A DNA stretch of 42,506 nucleotides from Hyphochytrium catenoides (Eukaryota > Protista > Hyphochytriomycota). The notes under the pieces are model-generated. The model had not been told where the DNA came from. It was given only the letters and a program-made list of their open reading frames with translations, and did not search any database. Below, in pieces: positions 1 through 11,661 of this stretch. Position numbers and translations under genes: made by a program. The DNA lies in the NCBI GenBank assembly GCA_900088475.1, contig FLMG01004198.1, positions 1 to 42,506 on the forward strand. Reading direction: 5' to 3'. Position 1 is the first letter of the stretch, and the number at the start of each line of letters is the position of its first letter.

Positions 1-708
1 TGAAGCTGACGAGGCTCCTTAAGAACTTTACTTCGCGCTCAAATGTGCGCCCACAAAGCTTACCCACGGTGCGTATGAATGTAGTGTTAATATATAGTTA
101 ATCCTTGACAATTCTTGAAAGCGCACTTGCCGGAGCGGATATGGAGTTACAAACTCACACCTCCATCCAGAACTACCATAGATGTGTGCTTATGTTGCCC
201 ATCCCATTATCAGCAATTTGTTATTATAGGATACAGTCTCCTTCTTCTCTCTCTCCTCTTTTCTGGCAAGAATTTGCAGTTCACCCATTACCCTCGAGGC
301 AAGAATTGGTTGCCGACAAATGGACTTTTTTGTGTTGCTTGTGTGTCAGTGTGTGTGTGTGTTTCTGATCAAAATGTCACTAGTATTTGGACTTTATCTA
401 ATCACTGTTTGGGCTTTTTCTTTGGGTTTGAATCTTTGCTTGTGTACTTTGGAGATATAAAAGGGGTCAGAGCAGGAGCGAAAGAATTTCTATGAACACA
501 AATCAAATTTGTGACGCGAGGCGTATCACCACAAGCCGAGACACATCGCGTGCGTCTACACGAATATCTGTTGTACGAGTAACCTCATATTACCTGAGAC
601 GCATCACCTACAATCCTGGTTTTTAGCTGTAGGAGCTGAGGGTGAAGGTGACATGTCACGCGACTCTTGTACCATTCCAGATTTGAGAAAGGTTCGCTGA
701 ATGTTTCG

Positions 709-740
709 CCACTCACTCACTCACTCACACTCACTCACTA
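709..740. repeat. (ACTC)n tetranucleotide microsatellite
   Basis: cactcactcactcactcacactcactcact seen directly. Confidence 0.8.
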
Positions 741-1454
741 CTCTGCTGTAGGAAGTGTGGGTGAAGGAGTAGAGAGATCCCTTAATTAAGAGTGTGCCCT
801 CCTCTAGGAAATACTACTACTGATAGAACTAGTTCGAGTTCTACAGGTACAACATGTACAGTAGAAGGAATGGAGAGCTCCTGGTGTTACTACGAGTAGT
901 ACAACTAAATCAGTGATCCAAGCATCTTCCACTAATAATGTAATACGCACTACAGTAGACACATAACTGGTCAATAGGAGTAGTAACGTCGGGCGAGCCC
1001 TAGCCGAAGCCAAAAGCTATTGACACTCTTGGGGTGTTTTCCCATAGACGCACGAACAAACTTAGCGCACTGCAGAGCCGCGTGGAGTTCATCCATCCAC
1101 CAGCGGACCTAGGATCTGGCTGAACATGTTCATGACTCCAGTCTGACCGAGTGAGAGGGTCCAGGCCACAGCCAAGCCTGAGATAGGAAGTCGTGCCGAT
1201 TACAGTGCACCTCTTCTACTCCTAGTAGTGCACAGCAGGAGGGGCAAGAAGTGGTAAGTAAAGGAGGGCACCCATGGCCGATAGTGTACCATCGAAGTCG
1301 AGCTCCTACATTACCTGAACCACCATAACTCAATTTCCTGCAGCATCGGGAACAACAGAGCTTTAGATCTCAATTTTTTCCTCCTTCTGCTGTCAACTTG
1401 CAGGAGTGGTACGGCGCCGGTGCCTCGGAATCCGCTAGTATCGCTTCCCCTGTC

Positions 1455-2630
1455 ATGGCGGCAAAGCTGACAACACCATCCTCGTCGGCGGTGGTGGTGC
1501 ATCACATTGATCGTCGTCTACTGCAACAAGTGGATAGCTTCAAGCAACGGAAGGAGGCTGGCCCATTGTTGGATAAACGGCCCTTTTGTCGAGACTCTCA
1601 ATGGTTGTTATCGTCGTGGACCCATAGCGCTAAAGGCGTGTTGTGCAAAAGTCGACATTGGTTGCTGGTGGTTGCAGTGATCATTGTCCTTCTTCTTCCA
1701 ACAGTATTTATTATGGACAGTTGTTTGAGCTTTGGTGGTGGAGGGTTGTCCATTACTTCTGGCGGAGTTGTCGGTAGCAGCGTTTTTAGAAGCCAAAGAA
1801 CAAGTCCAAGACTTGTACCAAACGTGGTCCATTATGTCTTTATCTGGCCGTCGGCTCTACAAGACCTACCGTACTGGATCTTTCTGAACATAATGTCTGC
1901 CGTATTGGTGCAACAACCGGACAAGATCCTCTTCCATCTTGTAGGAGCGGACCCAGTGCAGCTCAGCGCGACGGCTGGTAGAAACTGGCAACGCCTAATC
2001 GCAATGAAGAGCTTCCAGGTAGTTGAGTCAAGGGATGTAGAAGAGATATTCGGCAACCCTGTGAACGCTGTAGCGCACAAAGCTGATGTTCTCAGAATGG
2101 AAGCATTGTTAGCAGATGGCGGCATTTATCTGGACACTGATGTCATTCTCTTGCAGTCCATGGACAAGTTAATGAACTTCCCGATGGTAATGGGGCTAGA
2201 GGGAGATTACGGCCTTGGCAACTCAATAATGCTTGCTAGCAAGAACACTTCATTCCTACAAAGGTGGTATACTAACTACGAGAACTTCAACGACACTAAG
2301 TGGGCTGATCATTCTATCATCCTTCCAAAAAAGTTGGCACAAGAGAACCCAACGGAGATAGCGCTGGTGCCATCTTCAGCTTTTTACGAGCCCGCCTGGA
2401 CTGAAGTGAAGACAAGACTTTTCAGTACCGATAATGTCCTTGTTGATCTGAGTTCTAAGCAGTATGCCCTACATTTATGGCACAAGGTTGCCAAGCCCTT
2501 CCTTGATAACGTCACGTCGGCGGCGTACTTTTGTGGTGAGGAGACTACGATCTTCAACACAACCTACTTCCAGGCCATCTACCCAACAGTCATGGCTCTG
2601 AACGAGTGCGGCAACCCCTCCCAACCATAG
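1455..2630 (+). CDS. Glycosyltransferase family 32 (DxD sugar-binding, alpha-1,4-glycosyltransferase/OCH1-like), type II membrane, single exon
   Basis: Uninterrupted ORF (first ATG 1455) with one hydrophobic segment (LLVVAVIIVLLLPTVFIM), followed by GT32 motifs VPNVVHYVF, AHKADVLRMEALL..GGIYLDTDV, GLGNSIMLA...FLQRW and YALHLW. Confidence 0.88.
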   Translation: MAAKLTTPSSSAVVVHHIDRRLLQQVDSFKQRKEAGPLLDKRPFCRDSQWLLSSWTHSAKGVLCKSRHWLLVVAVIIVLLLPTVFIMDSCLSFGGGGLSITSGGVVGSSVFRSQRTSPRLVPNVVHYVFIWPSALQDLPYWIFLNIMSAVLVQQPDKILFHLVGADPVQLSATAGRNWQRLIAMKSFQVVESRDVEEIFGNPVNAVAHKADVLRMEALLADGGIYLDTDVILLQSMDKLMNFPMVMGLEGDYGLGNSIMLASKNTSFLQRWYTNYENFNDTKWADHSIILPKKLAQENPTEIALVPSSAFYEPAWTEVKTRLFSTDNVLVDLSSKQYALHLWHKVAKPFLDNVTSAAYFCGEETTIFNTTYFQAIYPTVMALNECGNPSQP

Positions 2631-4740
2631 TATAACTCTTTCTCACCGCCATCAATTAATCTTACTTACGCCGTATTACTCATAATGGATACCACCAGTC
2701 GTCGAAAGAAAGAGCCACCTGAGTGAGCTCTATGAGTGACAATGCTCTTTTATGATAGGAGATGTCGTGATTCTTCGAATGAGAACTAATATCGTGTCGA
2801 GAGAAGAGAACGTGGTGAGGAGTAGGACACCCGCAGACTATAATATCTAGGGAGAGATGATGACATCGTGTAGTAAGAGACAGTTGTTGGTTGCAATTCT
2901 CTCTATATCGAGAAGTCTCCTTCTTCAGCTCAGCCACCGCAGCTACATGCAATCGTACTCATCCCTGTAAACACCTAGATCAGCACGCTAAGCCTGGCCA
3001 TCGCGACATTCGCGGCATTGTGCACCATTCATATCGGCACCTTTATTTGGCTTCCTTCCATCTTGGAGCATCCAAAATCTAAGCCAAGGTGGCAAAAACC
3101 GACATCATCCGCCAGCATCCGCCTTGCTCACCACCGCCGTTAATCAAACTCAGCCCTGTAATTTTTACTACCTAGATCAGCACACAAAGCCTTTGGAAAA
3201 CCCTCATTGGGGTGACCATGGCAATGCGCGTACAACATTCGCGTCATCGCCTTTGGACTAGCTCAACTGATTTGGCAGCACTCTCTTTCTTGCTAACCAC
3301 CTTCCATCAGCAAGCAAGACCTTGCAAACAAGTTTCAACCATTGAACCAAACATGGAAAAGACTGTGCGCCTCTTTCAACTCTCCCGCTCTATTACTTCG
3401 GTCGCCAGCACATTACATTCGGCGCTTTTCTCTGTGAACTTTCAAACGGTCAACAAAGCCTTGCGAACAACAATGGTTTGGACGCAGGTACTAAGGGCAC
3501 ATTTTTGCCTCCAGAGCTCTGCTCACCCAACGGCCGACGACCCATCAACGAGTTCTTAGCAAACCTCCAGATTAACAAACAAAGCATGGCAAACAGCTTT
3601 GTCAAGGTACTGTGCGCTTCCAGATGCGTGCATTGCATATGATGATTAACGCCTGGCCCCATCCTCCAAAGAGCCAAGAAAATGTTGATATCGCAAGTCT
3701 ATAGAGTGGGAGTTCTGTGCACGGCCGATGATTGTCGTGACTGTCCCCCTTCTCTCTTTCCACTGTATGTACCTTTATCATTCATCAACCCCCTCCAAGG
3801 AGGGCTGTGGTAACCTGTGATTTAGTAGCTATCACAAGCCAACCAATATCTTGGCGCTTCCATAGAGAGGATTGAAAGCAACGACTGCTGCCGATATGCC
3901 GATATGCCCCACCAGAACATAAGCGGTATATTATCGGCGAAAGACGGATAAAAGCGTCGCTTTGATATTCACCCTTTGTTCATAGCGACCACACCCGTAA
4001 TTATGAGCAGTAGGAGTGGAGAGTCTAGCGCATCCATAGTCATTCCTCGATGCATTATCACCGTGCCATCACTGAATGATGAGCAGAACGAAGAAAAAGC
4101 CCACCATTTTTTGACCTCAGATCTGTTATCACCTTCCACCACAGTCCTTCTTCGCAACAACAGTATAGTTGCTCCCTTTCGGCCGGATATATATATATAT
4201 ATGTACCAGGTGTTGCTTCGGTCGCATGGAGCAAGACTGAAGCCTGATACGTCTTTCTGTAGGAGGATCGTTACCTTTATGCCCTTGGTGGAGCACTCCT
4301 CCTTCCTGCGTGGGATCTGATAGTAGATACACTAATAGCCCCTTTTTTCCTCAGTCAACAACGCCACGAAGGACACATCATCATCAGCTCTCGACGTCCA
4401 CCAGTATGGAGTGTAGAACACTGTGTTTCAACCTCAACAGTGAATCGTAGAAGTTGCTGAAGACGTGATGGCTAGGAGTGGCGGGCCAGGTACGAAGAAG
4501 GTTATTTGTTGAGGAGGAAGGCCCAGACGCGAAGCTGCTAATGATAAAGATTCCTATGATTGGGCCAAAAGGAAGGAGGAAAGTTCTTCTTTTGAAAAGG
4601 CTGCAAGGAATATAACCGCTATGATTCACGATAGAAGCGTTATTTAGGAGTGATATTTGGAATGTCCTTTGGCGGGAAGAGTCCTCAAACTTGAAAAAGT
4701 GGAACACTTAGAGGTCTAAAACCCTTGGTTATTATGGGCT

Positions 4741-4880
4741 GAAGGGAGAGGAGACAGAGAGAGAGAGAGAGANNNNNNNNNNNNNNNNNNNNNNNNNNNN
4801 NNNNGAGAGAGAGAGAGAGAAAGAAAGAGAGAAGAGAGAGAGAAGAGAGAGAGAGAGAGAAAGGAAAGAGAAAGAGAAAG
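4741..4880. repeat. (GA)n-rich tract with assembly gap (N 4773-4803)
   Basis: Seen directly. Confidence 0.9.
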
Positions 4881-5213
4881 CAAGACGAAAGAGTTAGGAG
4901 AGTGTAATGAGAAACACAACGCGACAGAAGAGAGGCACCCAGGAAGTATTGACGGGAGGGGCCAGAGCAATAACCAGCAGGAAAGCAGATAGAAGCAGTT
5001 GTTCATCAGTGAAAGAAGCTTTTTCCTGCAGAGAGGTCCTCGGCTTGCGTCTCATCAGTTCTCATATCCTCCTCCTCCGTGAAGATCTTGGCCCGTTCTC
5101 GCGTGGTGACAAGTCTCTTTCCCGCTCTCTGCAGCGGACTCAACCAAGTCGTCACGCGGAAGCCTTCACAGCGTCTTCTGACCGCTTCTTCTCTTCACTT
5201 CCATTCAGTCACA

Positions 5214-5846
5214 ATGCCGCTTGGAACCCTCACAATGGATCTCTCTGCAGCCCTGAAGGCTTCGCAGCTTGCACAGGCCTCGCGTCGGCGGAAGAGGTCA
5301 CGCAAACCCGCCACACTCCATGCAACAGAAGACCCAGCGTCTGGTCCACCTCAAGTGACACAGCCGAAGAAGAACGCCTGGTTCTCTAAGGACAAAAAGA
5401 CCAAGGCGGCTGAGTTTCTTGGAGGTTCAAGGCAAGGACAAATTGATGGTGAGCCCCAGAAGGCCAAAGCTAGCACAAGACACCAGAGCTGGAGGCGTGA
5501 CTCTCTTTCCGGCGATGAAAGAGGCTATAGCAGCAGCACACAGTCAGAAGAGAGCTGTGAGGCAACGCCTTCTGGGCCCCGGCGATCTCTTACAAGGCGC
5601 AGCGAGTCCGCAGCATGGTATCAACAGCCATGGGAGAGGCCATCCTATAATGAGTCCAACGTACTTTTCATCACTCCCAGCTCTCAACAGATAATCTTCA
5701 ACTGCAATGCCCAGAACATTCCTAACGTCGACCGTGCCGCTTCATGGAACACTCGGGGTCTGCCTGTGGAGATCCCTGCAGAGAAATACGGCTTCATTTT
5801 TGCTCCTTCGTCCACCATTGAGCAGCGAGAGTTGGAGTGCTGGTAA
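5214..5846 (+). CDS. Hypothetical protein (basic RRRKRSRK segment, Ser-rich); may be one exon of a spliced gene
   Basis: Open frame of about 210 codons. It is preceded by a branch point/polypyrimidine/AG (ctgac...ttcag, ending 5208) and ends at a possible donor (tg|gtaaag). No recognisable domain. Confidence 0.45.
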   Translation: MPLGTLTMDLSAALKASQLAQASRRRKRSRKPATLHATEDPASGPPQVTQPKKNAWFSKDKKTKAAEFLGGSRQGQIDGEPQKAKASTRHQSWRRDSLSGDERGYSSSTQSEESCEATPSGPRRSLTRRSESAAWYQQPWERPSYNESNVLFITPSSQQIIFNCNAQNIPNVDRAASWNTRGLPVEIPAEKYGFIFAPSSTIEQRELECW

Positions 5847-6604
5847 AGTTGAAGGCCTCCATGCACTCAGGCCCTGCTCTCAGAGGCAGTTAGAGCAGTC
5901 TTTGACCTGTAGCTTGTGTCAAAGGCTACAGACATTTGTAAGATAGACCCAACCAGTAGAGAGAGATCTCCCAGGAAGAGAGAGAGAGAGACAGACATAG
6001 CTTGAGACACGATATCAGGCGTAGGAAAGGAGATAACGGCAGTGTATGGATAACGCTCTTCTTTCATTAGCGATGTTGTTCTAACCATCTAACAAAGACG
6101 ACAACACCTGAACAATGCGAGAAGCTTGAGACCAAAAGAGCTATCTTCCTTCATTAAAAGGAGATCACCCTCATCCTAATCTTATTTCCTTCAGCTACTG
6201 AACAAGAGCTACTGAACGATGACAGACAAAACACATATCAAAGGGTACAAAATGGCCGTGGCATCCCAACCTCTACACCTCCATAAATGTAATCAATGGT
6301 AATGAGAGCTCCACTGCAGAGCGTGTAAGCAATAATCCGATGGGAAAGAGGGAGGCTCCGGTCAAAACAGAGATGAGGGGATGGACAGCTTGAACCGCCA
6401 GTGAAAAAAGAGATTAGACGCAAGAGACAACTAGCAGCGAGCCATCACTGCTAAGATGTATAGCCCCAAAAATTGGCTCAACAGCTCCAAAGGAACATCC
6501 GAACGTAGTGGAAAACACGAGAACCTTCATCTTCGGTGGTGCAAATTGTGCCTTCCGAATGGCGCGGCTGCAGGGCGGCCGTGGCACGCCCAACCTCAGG
6601 TCCA

Positions 6605-7513
6605 TCAACGGACCCAGGAGGCACCGCCCACCCCTGCAACTACGGCACTCGCGCCTTGCCAGTGGTTCAACATGCTTACGCGTCCATTAACCTCGTAAGA
6701 GTCGGGCGCAAGCCAGAACTGCCCCTGAGGCGGTACGCACCACTGCTGATGGAAGGGACTAGGAGTCGGGGCATCAAATCGGGTGTAAGCAGAGCATCCA
6801 ACCTTCATTCTCGCGCCGCACGGGTAAGCCTTCCGTACATCTTCGTCGCTTCCATGGCGCGAGTCCTCGCTGGTTGGGTACGGACTCTCTGGTGCCTCTG
6901 GCTCAGTTTCACTGGCGGATCCGCCAGCTGGAGAAGAAAAAGTGTAACTTCCAGTGCTTCCATCCTCTCTGTCCGTAGCACCAGGGGAACCTCCAGAGCT
7001 AGCCATGCCCCGATTTGCGGTGGGAGACGGCAGGCGTCGTTCTGAATCTCCTGCAAGCTCCGCACGGCTGTGTCCAATGCATTGGCCTGCAACCTTGGCC
7101 CACTTCTTGCATTGTTGGATGGAGCATTTCTGCATCTGAGGCGTATGCAGCGAGCAAATACCGCCAACCGCGGCATAATTCCGGCATCCTTCCACTCCAC
7201 AGCGCCGGGTAAAAGTATGTGTGGAGCAGGTATTGTGACCCTTGATCACATAGCGGCGGCAATCCACCGCTTGACATCGAAGAAGCCCTACAACGTGGGC
7301 TCTGCAGACACCGCGTCTGAAAACGTGCTTGGAGCAACCGGGAACGATGCATCGTTTCTTCTTGGCACCATGTGCGATGCATAGACCGCCTTGGACGATG
7401 TGCCTGTCACAACCAGCAAAACTGCAGCGCTTTAGCTTGGCGCCGTGGGCGACGCAGACGCCGCCCTGCTGGGCCCACTTGCCACACCCTTCACTCTTGC
7501 ACTTTCTGGGCAT
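6605..7513 (-). CDS. Cys3His-repeat (WRKY19-like zinc finger) protein, putative nucleic-acid-binding regulator
   Basis: Six tandem C-x4-C-x9/10-C-x2-H repeats (e.g. CKSEGCGKWAQQGGVCVAHG, CSFAGCDRHIVQGGLCIAHG) followed by a Ser/Pro-rich disordered tail. ATG at 7513. No WRKYGQK motif. Confidence 0.85.
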   Translation of the reverse strand: MPRKCKSEGCGKWAQQGGVCVAHGAKLKRCSFAGCDRHIVQGGLCIAHGAKKKRCIVPGCSKHVFRRGVCRAHVVGLLRCQAVDCRRYVIKGHNTCSTHTFTRRCGVEGCRNYAAVGGICSLHTPQMQKCSIQQCKKWAKVAGQCIGHSRAELAGDSERRLPSPTANRGMASSGGSPGATDREDGSTGSYTFSSPAGGSASETEPEAPESPYPTSEDSRHGSDEDVRKAYPCGARMKVGCSAYTRFDAPTPSPFHQQWCVPPQGQFWLAPDSYEVNGRVSMLNHWQGASAVVAGVGGASWVR

Positions 7514-8089
7514 CTCTCCAGACCAAGAGACGGAGAAAGAATGCAAAAATAAAAAATGCCTCCTAAATTTCTTGCTCGAGGAGAGTGAGGCAACAAAATC
7601 TCCTCTTCTAGCCTTGAGTTGTCACTTCAGCGTATACTTGGTCAGAATCTTTTCAAAGACTATCAGCGAAGGCGACAAGAGGCTTCAGCGTCCAACGGCA
7701 AAAAGAGTTGCTGCTAGGAAATATAGCGAAGCTCATTCAACCAAGTCTCTGAATAGAGAACCGCAGCAGTGCCTCAGTTGGTCTTCAAAAAGTAAGGTCG
7801 CAATGCGCGTGCTGGCCGACGGCGTCAAAATAACTGGCAAGTGGAAAGAGAAGCGAGAGGGAGGACAAGAAGTGAGGCTACGTGGCTCTTGTCTTTCCTC
7901 CAAGGCCGATGGTGACAAAACTATTCTCTCTCTAAAGGTTCCTGCCTGGCCTTGACAATGACTCAAGAACTGCCTTGTGGAGGGCCAAAGTGGAAAGGAG
8001 GAAAGGAAGGGAATGCTTGGCCCAGCTGGGAAGAAGTGACCTCCCTAACGCGAGCAAGCGAGCGAGTGAGAGAGAGAGAGAATGAGGGG

Positions 8090-8133
<44 letters not shown>

Positions 8134-8994
8134 CAAACCAGGCTCAGATGCTTTGAAAAGTGATGATGGATTGTGGGCAAGCAGCCTTGTCAGGGCCACA
8201 GCCGCAGGCGCCAGTCTATAATTAGAGAGATTGCCTCCCCACCCTCTCTCTCTCCAGCCTCCGTTTCCATCTGCTTCCATTCCCCGCTCCATATCTCTAT
8301 GGGCCTCTGTCTCCCATCCGGTACCTGTTGAATTATTGGTTATCCATATCTCTTTCTTCACTCTGACCATAATTCGAGGACATTCCTGGTGATGCTTGTA
8401 TTCATGGCTAGTGCAGAATGCTTTCCTCATCTCTTCTCCACTCTCTCTCGTTTATTTACCCAGCTCCAGCCTACACTTGTGACATCTCATCTGATGTCTT
8501 TGTCACCGTTTTCTCGTACTCTGTCTCGAAGGAAGCATGGCGGCAGTGTGCCCTAGGAGTGGCGGTCGCGTTGCGTGTACACGAGACAGAAACGATACCT
8601 TCAACATAACCCACCCACCGCAGGGGAGGGGAATGGGTTACTGAATATAAAGAAGAAGGAATTCTGATTGGCAAATAGAGGGGTTGGGTGGGCCATTGGC
8701 CAGGAGGAGAGTGATGAGAGGGTTGAAGAGACAGAGTGAAAGATAGATGTACCTCTATTAGGCTATAGTGATATAGGGAAAGAGAAAGAGTGGGAGAAGA
8801 GAAAGAGAGAGTATGCTGTTCTGTCCAACAATAATATTCCTCTCTCTTCCACTCTCCACCATGGTCCTTAGTATAGGAATATAGTGCCAGTAATACCATA
8901 ATAATGGGAGGACAATGGTGGACCTGAACCTGTTTATTATGATCGTGAGTGGAGGCCATAAAAGTCAAAACCTCGTTCTCCTATGTCCTTCTCT

Positions 8995-9170
8995 TCACTC
9001 TCTCTCTCTTTCTCTCTCTTCCCCCCCGCTCTCACTCTTTCTCGCTTTCTCTTTGATGGACTCTCCCTCTTTCTCTCTCCCTCTTTCTCTCTCTCCCCGC
9101 CGACTCTCTTTTGGTCTCTTTTTCTCTTTTTCTCTCTCTCTCTCTCGGTCTCTCTTCTTTCCCTTTCTTA
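8995..9170. repeat. CT-rich polypyrimidine microsatellite tract
   Basis: Seen directly. Confidence 0.85.
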
Positions 9171-9487
9171 GTAACAACTTTCTGTTATTTACTTCCTCTC
9201 CTTGTGGATTGAAAAAAGATGCACTTGCTGTGTCGACCAAAGGAGAGAGTGTCGGCGATGGAAGAGACATTCCTGGATTTTTTTTCTCCGCAACCGTAGT
9301 TTCTATGACAGAAGAGAGGAAATGAGTCAGACCCTAGAACATTCCTTCCTCCTTTTCCTCCCTCTTTCTCTCCTCTCTCTTCTCTTCTGTGTTGTCCTTT
9401 TACGTTCAGGTTTTGGCTCTGGAGTCTGGAGGAATATTCCAGGTTCACGGTAGTGGCTGATTATAAAAGCCAAAAAGAGAGAGGAAC

Positions 9488-9525
<38 letters not shown>

Positions 9526-10122
9526 CATGCAAGGAATAAGGATGTTCCATAAGTAACATGCGGCCCTGCTGGCCAATCAGCGGACGGCTTCCCGGTACAA
9601 ACAGGCCTCCCAAACAGCTGCAGCCCATGAACCGGCTTTCAAGACAGGGTCGTGCCAGGAGAGAGAGAGGAAAAGAGAGAGAGAGAACGAGAGAGAGCAG
9701 AACAAGAGAAAGGAGGCAAGAGAGAGAGAAAAGATAGAAGAATAGAGGGCGAGGAAGAAGAAAGAGAAAGCCTGGAGAAAGAATAATGAGGAGAGACGGA
9801 GGACTGTCCCATCTTATTATTACTTCTACTATTTTTCAACACCTCCCCTAATAGACCTTCAGCTTAGATTATTATTGAATATAATAAAGCATCCACAACT
9901 TTACATCTCACTGTTTATTCCTTTCTTTCCCATTATTATCACTCCCTCGACGCAACTGCTTAGGAAATTGGCCCAGCGTCTGTGGCCCAGAGGGAGTAAT
10001 AATACGGAGAGAAAAGAGCGATTAGAAAGGAGAAAGAAAGAAGAGAGGAAAACGGTACTGCCCAAAGAGTAGCAAGAGGAGGACTTCTTAGTGCGGGACT
10101 ATCCATCTCTTGGCTCACATCC

Positions 10123-10124
<2 letters not shown>

Positions 10125-10165
<41 letters not shown>

Positions 10166-10300
10166 CTCTCTGTCTCTCTCTCTTTCTCTCTCAGGCGCTC
10201 TCTCTTTCCCCCTCTCGCTCTCTCCTTCCTTCTCCTCTCTCTCCTCTCTTCTCTCTCGCGCGCTCTTCCACGCGATTTCTCTCTCTCTCTCCCTCCTATT
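10125..10300. repeat. (CT)n microsatellite tract
   Basis: Seen directly. Confidence 0.85.
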
Positions 10301-11661
10301 TTCCTGCTACCCCTCTCTTTGCTAGTGATCTTTCTACGAGTAGGATCTCGATCTCTCATTATTACCGAGGAGTATCTAGTCTCTCTCTTCATTCAGTCTC
10401 TCTCTCCTACTCTTTGACTACCGTTTCGCGGCAGACACCATCGAGCCTGGTGGTGTCATGGTTGGTCCGTTTCTCTCTGCAATAATGTCTCTATGACCTA
10501 TGACCAACAAGCTACGACTGTACCAGGACGCTGTTGGAGTCCTCCCCAGTCCTCGTTCGCCGCTCTGCTGCTGCTGCTGCTGCCGCTGCCGTCTCTTCCC
10601 CTTCTTCTCCTCACTACTCATCATCATTAGAAGTAGCCACCACAGAAGGAAGAGGAACGGTCAAACTTTTCTCTCTTCCTTTTCTCGCCTATTCTTCTGC
10701 TGTTGCTGCGCCTTCTTCGCGATCCTTCTTTCCCCTGTTCAATGTTGTCGTCGTCTTCGGCGCCGGTGGTGTTCATCTTTTCGTTCATCTCTTCAAGACT
10801 GCGAGTCTTGACCTCCACGACCTCCTTCTGCTTGTCGTAGAACAACTTCTTTCTTTTCCTTCGGTAGATAGAGGGCAGCTCATCCTACTCTTTCCATCTT
10901 CTTCGCCCCTGCCCTGTGTGTTCAATATGATCCACTTGCTGGCTGTCGTCAGCCATTGGCCATTTATTGATCTGTATGCGTTGTTGTCTCACCTCGCTTG
11001 CCTCTCTTCGTTCGTCTTTATTATTACCACGGCGTTACTTCTTCTTCGCTTCTTGTTAGTTGCTGCTGGAGAAGAGAGAGATTGGTTTTTAGAAGACGAT
11101 GCATGAGGAAGGCCAGCTGTCAGTGGCTTCTTTAGATACATCACGTGGATAATGGCCTGACTGTTGATGACAAAGGTTAAAAAAAGCAACCGCTCTTCAT
11201 CACTTCTTCCTTTTCCTTACTAGCCTCATCATTTCGCTGTAGCAGCAGCCATAACAGCATGTGACAGCCAACTCGCTGGTTATCATCAGCCAACATCACC
11301 ATCATATTGGTTAAGGTCCAACATAAATCCCCACTGTCAGCTGCCTGCCCTCACTACTGGGCTACTATTGGCTTCCGGACCGCTGCCAGCAGCAACCGCG
11401 GTGTATGGCCTTCTCCAACTAAGGCTATGGAAAGGGATGAGCAGCGGCAACCTACCGAATTGCCAACGAGTGGAGAAGGACAGACGGACTACTATCCGGG
11501 CGGAGGAGATTGTCGACATGCTTCGGCTGGTCAGTTTATTAGGTGAAGTTAAGCGGCGGGCGAGACGCCGTACAGGCGGCCTTCGGGTTCTAATGACTAG
11601 GGCGACGGAGATGATAGTTGGTGGGACAAGCGTCCTATCTTCTGCGGCTTTAGCTTTTCAC

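Noticed and set aside
3969-4707. Short ORFs with a VEGDN motif reminiscent of RNase H
   Set aside because: No other catalytic residues or RT/integrase motifs, so a retroelement call is not supported.
6536-7955. Long plus-strand ORFs overlapping the zinc-finger gene
   Set aside because: Antisense shadows of the GC-rich repeat-coding gene.
8900-10420. Many ORFs with SLSLSL/ERERER content (also at 19571-20030, 32421-32914, 34472-35429, 40666-40975)
   Set aside because: Translations of CT/AG microsatellites that lack stop codons; no protein motifs.
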